Assembly (NCBI GenBank): GCA_905331295.1
Contig: CAJNYD010000074.1
Coordinates: 186,001 to 250,000 of the forward strand
Origin: Rotaria socialis
Taxonomy: Eukaryota
Length of the DNA stretch: 64,000 nucleotides
Direction: 5' to 3'
The position numbers and the translations under genes were made by a program. Below are positions 15,001 to 26,448 of this stretch, one piece after another. Below the pieces are notes generated by a model. That model had not been told where the DNA came from. It saw only the letters and a list, made by a program, of their open reading frames with translations, and did no database searches. Numbering within the stretch: position 1 is the first letter of the stretch; every line of letters starts with the position of its first letter.

Positions 15001-15403
15001 AATATTAATCGATCTTCATTACAATAAAATTTATTGCTGCATTTTCAACATTACCTCTAATACATAAATCAAATCTAATGAACAAAATTAATCATGAAAT
15101 AGTTATAAAACACAGATTGCAAAGAGTGACTTCCTGACATGAACGTGATTATTCGTGATATAGTTTAAATTAATCACAAAAGACTTATTTTTATCCTTCG
15201 TAAAGAATACATGGGAAAATAATTAAAAACATAAAATAGATCTCGGATTGGTTAGATCGTACATCTCAGATTAAAAAAAATTCTTTGATAAATATTTGCA
15301 TATAGAAAGAAGAATAATTGGCAGTCGCAACCTTTTCCCTCAGTATAGAAGTTAAATTTATTTCTATATATTTAGTATTGCCAACAAATAACAGAAATCT
15401 CCT

Positions 15404-16200
15404 ATGAGTATTATGGATATCGAACCATTAAATAATGATACGAAAGTTCGCATTGATATTTCTGATGCAACATATCAATATTCAACAATGTCTCAACTGT
15501 CAAAAATTGATCGTACACGGAAAATCCTTCTTCTCTTAATTTCCATGGAATTTGTAAGTTATTTTAAAGGAAACTATAAAACATTTTTTAGTTCAATTAG
15601 AAATTCTATAACAAATACGATCGTTTTTTTTTCATTGAAAAGTATATGAGATAAATAAAATTTTCCAAAATCTACTTTTAGGTTCTATCTACGATAAGTG
15701 TGATTACTGTCATTTATTCGTATGCGCTTGATTTTACATTGGGATTTGAATCGTACAATGTAGTTTTTCGATTCTTATCATTTTTATCATTTTTATGTTT
15801 TGGCTTTGGATTAATTGCTGCCGATCGATATTACGTAACAGGTTTACGTCTAGTATGCTTTATTTTTATTTATTCTTATGAATTATTTTAAATAAGTTAT
15901 TGTCTTGCATTAGTTCGCCATGCTACTTATGCTAGATTTAATATTAAGTTATTTGAGTCTGATAAATTTTATTATAATACCAATGACTTTTGAAAAATAT
16001 TCCATGGGTAAGGTTCCAGTCATCATTTTTATTCTGATCTTTTTGATGATATTCTTTGTAATATTATTTCTCCAGGTAAATATTATTGTCATATGAAGAT
16101 ATGCTTTTTTCTATAAAGATGTAATCATTTTTAATTTTAGGCATATATTATTAGATTGGCCTATAAATTATCAAATTTACTTAATGCTAATAAATATTGA
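15404..16200 (+). CDS. Uncharacterised small membrane protein (~180 aa, about 4 TM helices)
   Basis: Four exons with GT-AG introns (15404-15552, 15682-15853, 15914-16075, 16141-16200) join in frame. Four hydrophobic segments; ends AYIIRLAYKLSNLLNANKY*. Confidence 0.7.
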
Positions 16201-17243
16201 GAAAATAGCAATGATCATATAACTTACAACTATCCGACGTAAATAATCATGTGTAGTGTTAGAGATGAATCACGATAGAAATGTTAATTATATCTTTTGT
16301 TGTTGCCTGTAAAGATTTTCATTCCTGAATTAAATGAATTTGTATTACAGATGTTTCTTCTTTGTGGCTCTTGAATAAAGATTTTTTTTACCTCTAAATT
16401 TAATTTATATCATCTGTTCGACATATTATTCTAATAATGAACAATATTACTTATTTTGAATAAAATCAAATGTCTAAAGTCGTGCTTTATCTACGAAATG
16501 TTAAATAGAAAAATAGGATTTGAACTAATTTAAATATTTCCATAGAGGAGAAACTCAATAGTTGGGTAGATTCTTGAGTGTGGCCAAGAGCCGCGCGAAG
16601 GGTCTAGAATTAGGGGGAGGGGGTGCAAGTGTACTAAAAATTTTAACAGAAATATACAAAAAAAATTGCCAAACAACAACACATCCGTTATAGTATCAGG
16701 TAAAATACTGTTTAATTTTCGATCAGTTCTACAAGAAAAGCCAGAAAACAATGAACATAACAATTTTTTTATGAAAGTTAGATTAGCTTCTGTTGAATCA
16801 CAATCAGGTTCGTTTGTTGATGATTTTTCTGCAAAAGAAAGAAAGAGAAATAGTCAATTGATAAGTGTTTTTCATGTTTTAGTAAAAACTACCTTCAGAT
16901 TCAAAGAGTGACTAAGACCTAGTCGTAACGCTCATGATTAACAATGTGACTACCGAGATGGCTGGTCGTGTAACGTTGAATAGTTGGCACTGAACATCAT
17001 TTTCATCAGATGCATCGTTAGGAATCTGAATATGTGTTGACATCTGTATTTTTTGTTGTCAACCAGTTATGTAAGAAATGATTACTCGAATAATTTCTCT
17101 TCTCACTTTTGTCAGACATTTGAATCTGTTATATGATTTAATTATAAACAAACTGTCGCACTAAATTTGGATCAGTGAATAGAAAAAGATTAAAAGTGAG
17201 AGATAAGCTTGCATGTTTCAGTTTGAAAACTGATCAAATACTA

Positions 17244-17374
17244 CCCAGGTCGAGCAATCCTACAGTAGGAACCTATCGGAACCCATGATCCGACTGGAAT
17301 CCAACAGAATTGTATCAGATTGTAGGATATTTCCAGGTTCCTATCGGATCCGATGCCGGATCAGTCGACCTGGG
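17244..17374. mobile_element. Short MITE with CCCAGGTCGA terminal inverted repeats
   Basis: CCCAGGTCGA...TCGACCTGGG ends, internal GGATCC/GGAATCC repeats, GC-rich against AT-rich flanks. TSD is imperfect (ta/ga). Confidence 0.7.
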
Positions 17375-18271
17375 GACTTTCGTTTTTTGTTGAGAATGAA
17401 AAATAAAATAAAATTTAATCCGTCATAATAAACAAAACTGCATTTTAAACATTATCCTCTAGCATTATTTTAATTTTAGTGAAAGGACATTTCCATAATG
17501 GAAGACATTTTTTCGAAGGACTAAATCAGAAAGGACCATATGTCCCAAAGACATTTTGTCTAAAGCATTTTTTCTGTGGACCAAATCCCGAGGGCATTTC
17601 GTAAAGAGCATTCTAGACTGTTACCGTTTATTGCAGCAAAGATAGAATGAATTACCTGATAGAAAAAAAAATCCCTATATTTACTCTCATTATCAATTTC
17701 TTCACGTTTTCCTATTGTACTTGTAACTAAACAATTATTAAATCTTGTTGAAATTGTTCTTGATCTTCTTTGTTTCAACTTTAAGATTAAGATCAATGTT
17801 GGAATCGAACCAAAGTATTCTGCTCCCCGGGGAGCTATAGTACCACGGTACTAGAAAGGAGCGTTTATTATTCGTTTATTCCGTTTTATGATCGAAGGGG
17901 AACACTTCGGTCATAACAAAATATTTTACATATTGTTCGACGAAAATTCATTCGACTAATGGCTCCTAACTAAAAAAACAAGAGCCACATAATGTAATGA
18001 CTCATGAACTCACTGTAATAACGTTAAGCGATGCATAGCAATACATTGAATCATGCAGGCGTATCTCATACCACTCTTCCATACAAGTGTTCTATGCGTC
18101 CTTTCCTCACTAATTAAATATTCTTATTTCCTACACTTTGCATTATGATAATGATCCTCTATTGCATGTTAAACACAACGGAAATAATGCATTTCACCAT
18201 ATTATGTACAGGACCTTGTATATATAGCGGCCTCAGAAAGCCTCTCGATGTTTAACAACAAAATTTACATC

Positions 18272-19250
18272 ATGAGCTTATTCTTGCTACCGCTCATTCT
18301 ACTTTTCACTGCTACCATTAGACTGACTCACGGATATAATATCAATGACGATTTGGCTCGTGGATTGACCGGGAGACTTTTGGTTGAGACTTCGAAACAA
18401 ACTGGTTACAACACGTCTCTTAGCGAGTATCCTGATGATTGTGCAGCAGTCTACTTAACCCTTTCCGGTCCGGTGTTGCCATATGGCAACATTTTCCCCT
18501 AGGGGGGTACGGCAATTTTCAAACAGCGGTGCGGAAAGGGTTAAAACACCATAGCATATATGGTGACCAACCTCGCACTGGAATTTATGAAATCTGGCCG
18601 AGACAAGGTAATCCACTTTCTTTTCATCCGTGTTTCTTCCATTTTCTCTTTTATTCCCTGTAGGAAAACCGATAAAGGTTTTGTGTGACATGAACACAGA
18701 TGGTGGTGGATGGACTGTCTTCCAAAAGCGAGGCGATTACATACCTCAAGAAGACTTCTATCGAACTTGGCTCGAATATAAGCGAGGTTTCGGCGACCTG
18801 CACCGACAGTTTTGGTTAGGGAATGATCGTTTATGGATTTTGACCAATCAAGATTCGTATCAATTACGAGTCGATCTAGAAGACTTTGATGCACAAAAAC
18901 GATTTGCAGAGTACAGTTCTTTTCGAATATCGAACGAAGCTGACAAATATCGATTGATGGTGGGATCTTATTTGAAGGGTGATGCAGGAGATTCATTCAG
19001 CTATCACAATAACATGCAGTTTTCAACGAAGGATCAAGATAATGACGCAAATCCTGGGTCATGTGCACAACTATACAATGGAGCGTGGTGGTATAATGCT
19101 TGTCATTAGTCTGATTTGAATGGTGGATATTTGCGTGGAAATCATCCGACAATATACGGCGCAGGCGTTAATTGGATAGCATTTAGAGGCTACTACTACT
19201 CATTGAAAACTACAGAAATGAAAATTCGACCTGTTTGGTTCAAACCTTAA
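18272..19250 (+). pseudogene. Fibrinogen-related lectin copy 1, inactivated
   Basis: Signal peptide plus fibrinogen C-terminal domain, with intron 18608-18663. Disrupted by a MITE at 18459-18540 (frameshift and stop) and by nonsense TAG at 19107-19109, where paralogues have GAG/GAC. Confidence 0.88.
18459..18540. mobile_element. 82-bp piggyBac-type MITE
   Basis: TTAA on both sides (18455-18458, 18541-18544). TIR CCCTTTCCG...CGGAAAGGG extends imperfectly to ~19 bp. Removing it restores YLKHHSIYGDQPRTGIYEIWPRQG. Confidence 0.92.
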
Positions 19251-19335
19251 TGCTCCTCTATGTAATTTCATAATAAAAAATTATTCGTATATTCTATAAC
19301 ATGACACAAATAAATTACAAAATAATTCAAAAAAN

Positions 19336-19804
19336 AGGCGTCGGTGATCTACAACGGCAGTTTTGGTTAGGGAATGATCGCTTGTCGATTTTGACCAATC
19401 AAGATTCATATCGACTACGAGTCGATCTAGAAGACTTTGATGCACAAAAACGGTTTGCAGAGTACAGCGCTTTTCAAGTATCAAATGAAGCTGATAAATA
19501 TCGATTGATCTTGGGATCTTATTTAAAGGGTGATGCGGGAGATTCATTAGTCACCCAAAATAACATGCAGTTTTCAACGAAGGATCAAGATAATGATGCT
19601 AATTCTGGATATTCATGTGCACAACGATTCAATGGAGCGTGGTGGTATAGTGGTTGCCATGAGTCTAATTTGAATGGTGGATATTTGCGTGGACCACATC
19701 CGACGATATCCGCTGCAGGCGTCAATTGGCTAGCATTTAGAGGCTTCTACTACTCGTTGAAAACTACAGAAATGAAAATTCGACCTGTTTGGTTCAAACC
19801 TTAA
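19336..19804 (+). CDS. Fibrinogen-related lectin copy 2, 3' part only (5' lost at assembly N)
   Basis: Open frame from the N at 19335 to TAA 19804: GDLQRQFWLGND...GAWWYSGCHESNLNG...[12 protein letters not shown]. Confidence 0.8.
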
Positions 19805-20244
19805 TGCTCCTCTATGTAATTTCATAATAAAAAATTATTCGTATATTCTATAACATGAAACAAATACTCTGCCATAGGAGTGATTTTCAGTACCACGCTC
19901 TTAGGATCGGAAAGACATTGAGTATCGCTTGGAATTCAGCATTGATGAGAACTATTTCATTGGTGATTATTGAACTCGGTCTTCTCTCTTTTCCGTCCAG
20001 GTATCCATGTCATTGACTAGAAGGATGTGTTCTACACTGCTTATGGGCTATCCTAGCACTTCTCCGTCGAATATGAGCTGAGTGGAGTTTGTGAAAATAA
20101 CAGTCAGCGTTTCTTGCAGGAAGAATTTTCCGAGGATCGCGGGGATGGTGCAACCATTTCCTGTTTTTCTTCCAAAACAATCTCATTACGTTTCAATAAA
20201 CATGAGTAACTCTACACTGGTTGAATTGTGAAAGCTGCCACTTT
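19804..20244 (+). repeat. Duplicated 3' flank of lectin genes
   Basis: Close match to 22166-22465, plus the block gttgaattgtgaaagctgccacttt (20220 and ~22664). The first ~55 nt also match 19250-19304. Confidence 0.85.
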
Positions 20245-20649
20245 ATCAAAAGGGCACTGTGCTTGACGCCAAACGGTGATAAGTTATTTTTTTTCTGTAT
20301 ACGCGAGTCAGAGCGGAAGTGAGTGCGGCAAATCATTACTAGAAAGCGCCGTCTACAATTAAAAGACATTTTCTCGCAAAGTATGCAGTTATTAGTGTGT
20401 CTTTCTAAAGCATTTGACGCTTTCAAGAATGAAACGCTTCGTTAGTAAAGTTATTGATCACATATAATATACATAAGCAATGGCATCAGAATCGTTTATA
20501 GTATATGATACCACAATCGCAGCTTTTCTAGAAGCGGGATACTGTTGTATATGGATCTGGGTGCGAATATACGTTAGCGTGGTTCCAGGAGTGTACGAAA
20601 ATTCATAACGCCCAACAGCTGAAATCAGTCACACAATACTCACACCCCC

Positions 20650-21091
20650 ACTGGATGACGCAAATCAATTACAAAGTAATTCAGATTAGTCGATTCAAAA
20701 GTAATTCTGCGTTGAACAATAACCAGTATAGCTCTTATGAGGACTACCACGGAGAATCAGGGTCTACCATAGAGAATCACCGTCTGACATAGGGAATCGG
20801 GGTCTACCATGATGTGGGAGTCACGTAGGGTGTACACAGCGAGAACACACACATCACAGCCCACATCTTTTTGGGACCTTTGTAGACCCTAGTAGACGCT
20901 AGTAGACCCTGGTAGAATCTGGTAGACCCTCACAGGCCCTGATTCTCTATGGCAGACTCTGATTCCTATGATAGACCCTGATTTCCTATGGCAGATCCTA
21001 ATTCCCTATGGCAGACCCTGATTACCAATGGCAGACTCTGACTACGTTACATTTTTTGAATTATTTTGTAATTTATTTGTGTCATGAAGTC
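20650..21091. mobile_element. Foldback/MULE-like non-autonomous element
   Basis: Imperfect ~35-bp TIRs (ACTGGATGACGCAAATCAATTACAAAGTAATTCA versus revcomp ACTTCATGACACAAATAAATTACAAAATAATTCA). ~20-bp tandem units (ccatagagaatcagggtcta-like) on the left occur inverted on the right. Flanking direct repeat ACACCCCC at 20642-20649 and 21093-21100. Confidence 0.75.
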
Positions 21092-21273
21092 AACACCCCC
21101 AAGAGAGTTTCAAGTTTTAACTGATATGATGTCATATGTGAAGACTCAATTTCCAACTTTTATATTTTCCAGTTTCGACTTGCCTCCTAATCACATCAAG
21201 AAAGATATGGTATATATAAGTATACACAACGATAGTCAGTTCTGAAACATCGTCAGCTGAAAACAAGTCAACA

Positions 21274-22166
21274 ATGCGCACGTTACTGATAACGATATTC
21301 ATCATTGTCGTAGCTACTGGGAGACTGGGATACGCCTATGATCTGAATGAAGATTTAGCTCGCGGATTGGTTGGAAATCTTTCCACGCAACATCGCACGA
21401 TACTTGGGGATGGTTCAGGTTTTAGTGACTTTCCTGAAGATTGTGCAGCGATCTACTTGAAAGAACAAAATTTACATAATATTCCACCTCCCACTGGTAT
21501 TTATGAAATTTGGCCGAGACAAGGTATTCCACATTTTTTTCATTCTCGTTTCTTCAATTTTCTCTTCGATTCCGAGTAGGAAAACCGATTAAAGTTTTGT
21601 GTGATATGAACACTGATGGCGGTGGTTGGACTGTGTTTCAAAAACGAGGCGATTACACACCTCGAGAAGATTTCTATCGAACGTGGCTCGAATACAAGCG
21701 AGGCTTCGGTGATCTACAACGGCAGTTTTGGTTAGGGAATGATCGCTTGTCGATTATGACCAATCAAGATTCATATCGACTACGAGTCGATCTTGAAGAT
21801 TTTGATGCACAAAAACGATTTGCAGAGTACAGTTCTTTTCGAATATCGAACGAAGCTGACAAATATCGATTGACACTTGGATCTTATTTGAAGGGTGACG
21901 GAGGAGATTCATTCAGCTTTCAGAATAACATGCAGTTTTCAACGAAGGATCAAGATAATGACGCAAATCCTGGGTCATGTGCACAACTATACAATGGAGC
22001 GTGGTGGTATTATACTTGCCATGAGTCTAATTTGAATGGTGGATATTTGCGTGGACCACATCCGACGATATACGCTGCAGGCGTCAATTGGCTAGCATTT
22101 AGAGGCCATTACTACTCATTGAAAACTACAGAAATGAAAATTCGACCTGCTTGGTTCAAACCTTAA
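21274..22166 (+). CDS. Secreted fibrinogen-related lectin copy 3 (ficolin/tachylectin-like), intact
   Basis: Signal peptide MRTLLITIFIIVVATG; 56-nt intron 21524-21579; motifs VLCDMNTDGGGWTVFQKR, FWLGND, FSTKDQDND, GAWWY..CH.SNLNG. TATA-like tatatataag at ~21211. Confidence 0.93.
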
Positions 22167-22950
22167 TGATCCTCTATGTAGTTTCATAATAAAAAAATTA
22201 TTCGTATATTCTACAACATGAAACAAATAGTCTTGCATAGGAGTGATTTTCAGTACCACGCTCTTAGGATCGGAAAGACATTGAGTATCGCTTGGAATTC
22301 AGCATTGATGAGAACTATTTCATTGGCGATTATTGAGCACGGTCTTCTCTCTTTTTTCTTCAGGTTGTCTGCGATTGGCAAGACGGATTTGTTCTCGGCT
22401 GCTTATGGACTCTCCTGGTACCGCCGCCGGAAAATCTGCGCTTAGTGGAGTTTGTGAAAATAACCGCATGAGTTTCTTTTAAATGGAACGAAAATTGTAT
22501 ATGAGAATGCTAATGAATCATTCCATGTTTTCTATTAACAGTCAAAATACTACCGATTTTGTGTAAGAACGATGTTTTAAGCCTGATGGAGAGTAGAATT
22601 GTCTTCAAACCTCCGTATTAAACAAGCTGAATCCGCTTACATGAATATCAAGAACTCTACAGATGTTGAATTGTGAAAGCTGCCACTTTTTTAATAGCAT
22701 CTTTTTCATGAGGCGTACGTTTTATTTTGGATAAAATTTTGTTGATGTTCATATAAGTTTCTTGTTATGATCCTTATTGATTAGTATAGATTTTTTTCGT
22801 CATAAATTATCTAAACAGTAAATCCTTCACTATTGAAAGAGAATTCTCCTATAATTTGCAATGATTTAGCCCCTTGCCGAATTAGAGACCTTTTCTGAAT
22901 CCAACAGATGCTACGCAAAGTTTATTATCACTGGAACTTGATTACAAATA

Positions 22951-23653
22951 AAGGGTGTTACAGAAGTTCCGAAACGATTTTGAAATTCATCGTTCTCGTG
23001 TTTAACAAAACCAAGCTGTTTAAAGTATTCTCAGATTATTGCACATATGTCGTACTATATCACGGTGAAGTTTGTAGTCTATAGCTTTCACTGTGGCGGA
23101 GAAACTGTAACAACACTGTCACATATTATTTAAAAAAATTGTAAGCGTTACGAAAATATATGGATTCAACCTAAAACGTTCAGAAATTGAAGAAAGTGTC
23201 GTTTTCTACCATTCCTATAAGTTTCAACTCGAGTCGTTGAGTTACAGGTCGGTTTTGACCTTGACTATGTAAACATGATTTGTGTATTGTGAATGATCTT
23301 TTTAGCGTGAAAGAACATACTTTACATATCATCCCATAGAGAATTTAATTCTGAATAAAACAGTGTTATGTCAAGAGATATATGTCCTGCCATAAGTATG
23401 TTCTCTCTTCTTCTCTCGGTTTCATTCTATGACGTTTACAATCATTCCATTCTTCGTCTCGTATATATTCTATTTAAATGAGTGTTAGTGTTTAAAGAAG
23501 GGGATTACTTCTTGTGAGAATGTAATAATAACAAGAAGAAGATAGTAACAAACGGTAAATGGAAGTTTTAATCGGGGTAAAGGATTTGTCGGAAAAGTTA
23601 AGAATACTAAACAATGAATTTTAAAATTGTTTCAGAACTTTCGGAACACCCTT
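22951..23653. mobile_element. Tc1/mariner-type non-autonomous element (~700 bp)
   Basis: ~44-bp imperfect TIRs AAGGGTGTT(AC/CC)...GAAAC.ATTTT.AAATTCAT.GTT, with TA on both sides (22949-22950, 23654-23655). Confidence 0.85.
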
Positions 23654-24801
23654 TATAAATAGGCATCAAATACGATGTAGTATACTCCAAGCATAATTTA
23701 TCTAGAAGCAATGCATTTTGGTGTACCGCTGAGAGTGACAATACATCAGCATAGTTAATGTCCACGATGACAAATCACTACTCTGAAAAGCTAAAACTAG
23801 TCATAAAAGATACTACTGACTATCTGCTTTATCCACTCAATGATCTCATACCTACACTCAGAGCTACATTCACATGCCGGTGTACCTCCATTTTAAATCT
23901 TGCGCCCAATAACATCCATAGATGCTAGTGCCTGTTTTGCATTCAACACAAGTCACTGATTGTTTAGGAGTGATTATCTGCGATAGTTTTACGAACTCTA
24001 CCAACGTATACTCTAAAACAATTTCAGCACCCTAGCTGTGGATTTAAACCTTCTGCTCCCTATATTTTTAATTCGAGCCGTTTGAAAAAGATCGTGTAAG
24101 ACATAAAATAGCTGCAACATCTGCGAAAAAGTCTCATTAATTCAGGTTGTGAGTGAAACTTGAATGGTACATTAGTTATCAGGTTTCAACTTAAAGTGGA
24201 AGATCTAATTAGTCAAGCGTCAATTTTCATCTATAAATCTTCAATTCTTATCGTATAAGTTGTAATATGAACATAAATGCTTTGCCATTTCAAAATGATT
24301 CGTGAAAAATAAACCCTACTATCCATGAATTAGTAGCAGAATAAGATTTCCCCTAGGTCGAGCTTATCGGTGGTTTCTCATTTCTTGTCAATTCATAAAC
24401 GTTTGTACTACTTTATTCTTAAAAGAAAACCCTTGCCAAAATATGCATCAGATAAATCATCATATGGAAAAAAATGCTCTTGTACACCATCATTTAAAAG
24501 ATGTACGAATACACCCTTCATCTCAGCGCGTGTGTCATTGATATTATCAGGGGAAGTTTATTGACAAAAACACAGTAAAATGCTATATAAATTTATAGCC
24601 TAAGACGAGCTCTTCTGCAAATCGACGAAGAAAAACCTTTAAGCAACGATCGATTACGGTCATAAATCTTTGACAACTTTTATCTAATGCTAATAAACGA
24701 ACAGCGAGGATTTATTACTCTTCACGTGTTTTGATACTATATATATTAGTGTACAGAAAGCTACTCAGCACTCATAAATTTCATTCGAAAACAAACCCAT
24801 A

Positions 24802-25695
24802 ATGCGCACGTCAACGTTAGTTGCATTTATAATCTTCGTAGCTGCTTGTAGACTGGGACATGCCTATGATCTCAATGCAGATTTAGCTCGTGGATTGGTT
24901 GGAAATCTTTCCACACAACATCGCCCGCTACGTGGGGACAGTTCATATTTTAGTGACTTTCCTGAAGATTGTGCAGAAATCTACTTGAAAGAACAAAGTT
25001 TACATAATATTCCACCTCCCACTGGTATTTATGAAATTTGGCCGAGACAAGGTATTTCACTTTTTTTTTCATCCTCGTTTCTTCAATTTTCTCTTTTGTT
25101 CCGAGTAGGAAAACCGATTAAAGTTCTGTGCGATATGGACACTGATGATGGTGGATGGACTGTATTCCAAAAGCGAGGCGATTACACTCCTCAACTAGAT
25201 TTCTATCGAACATGGCTCGAATATAAAAGAGGCTTCGGTGACTTACAACGGCAGTTTTGGCTAGGCAATGATCGTTTATCGATTTTGACCAATCAAGATT
25301 CGTATCGATTACGAGTCGATCTCGAAGACTTTGAGGCACAGAAACGGTTTGCAGAGTACAGCTCTTTTCAAGTATCGAACGAAGCTGACAAATATCGATT
25401 GATGTTTGGATCTTATTTGAAGGGCGACGCAGGAGATTCGTTAAGCCAACACAATAACATGCAGTTTTCAACGAAGGATCACGATAATGACGCAGTTTTC
25501 GGGTCATGTGCACAACGCCATAATGGAGCCTGGTGGTATAATGCTTGTCATGACTCTAATCTGAATGGTGGATATTTGCGTGGAAATCATCCGATACTAT
25601 TTGCTGCAGGTGTCAATTGGTATACTTTTAGGGGTGAAAACTATTCGTTGAAAACTACAGAAATGAAAATACGACCTGTTTGGTTCAAACCTTAA
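24802..25695 (+). CDS. Secreted fibrinogen-related lectin copy 4, intact
   Basis: Signal peptide plus full fibrinogen domain. The intron at the conserved position (25052-25108) is 57 nt and stop-free, so the ORF track reads through it. Confidence 0.93.
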   Translation: MRTSTLVAFIIFVAACRLGHAYDLNADLARGLVGNLSTQHRPLRGDSSYFSDFPEDCAEIYLKEQSLHNIPPPTGIYEIWPRQGISLFFSSSFLQFSLLFRVGKPIKVLCDMDTDDGGWTVFQKRGDYTPQLDFYRTWLEYKRGFGDLQRQFWLGNDRLSILTNQDSYRLRVDLEDFEAQKRFAEYSSFQVSNEADKYRLMFGSYLKGDAGDSLSQHNNMQFSTKDHDNDAVFGSCAQRHNGAWWYNACHDSNLNGGYLRGNHPILFAAGVNWYTFRGENYSLKTTEMKIRPVWFKP

Positions 25696-26448
25696 CGCTT
25701 CATCTTTTTTTGTTTCGAAATAGCAAAAGATGGCGGCCAACCAAATGCTGCTTGGAACATCAGCTTTACATTGGTTCAACTTCATGGGGCCTATAAGAAT
25801 AGTGGATATAGACTTCAGCCAAAATAGATTAGGAAGGGAAATCTGGATCCGAGTGGGGGTTTGGAGTGTGGTGGAGATTAGACGTAAGAATTTGTGTAAC
25901 TTACTTGTAGATGACATTTTAGTCCACATGATAATATACGTAGATGGAAATAATCGAAAACAAAATACTGCTCATACCCTCACGCTCAATATATGATATA
26001 CTTTCGTATAGATATTGTGAACAATTTTCAGTTAGTAATACTCATTTTTGCAACCTTAGCGTATCAACGATTGATTGTTACTTCAATCAATAGAACTTTT
26101 GGTTTCTTTTTACTCACTGCTTTTTATTTATCCTAAATTTTTTGAGATATCTTCGTTTTGCTAAATTACTCTAACTAATTCAGAAAAAAACACATAGAAT
26201 AAAAATATAGTGGGCTAGGACACTTTCAGCGGCGTAACCAGAAGTTTTAGGCCATTGGCCAAACTTCTATTAAGTAAAAAGAAAACCATGGACAAAATTG
26301 ACAAGATTTTTATTGATAGGCCAAAAGTTTTTAACCCGAGCAAAGTATTCATAACGTAGAAAAAAAACAAAAAGAAAAACATGAGATTCTTTTAACCTAA
26401 TATATAGGAAAAGAATCTCAGATTTTAAGCCTGTCTCAGACTTGCTGA

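Noticed and set aside
18455..19547. Antisense ORFs over lectin genes (also 25118-25513)
   Set aside because: Shadow frames of the conserved coding strand.
20745..21045. ~20-bp periodic repeats resembling a CRISPR array
   Set aside because: No unique spacers; units are mirrored inside a TIR element in eukaryotic DNA.
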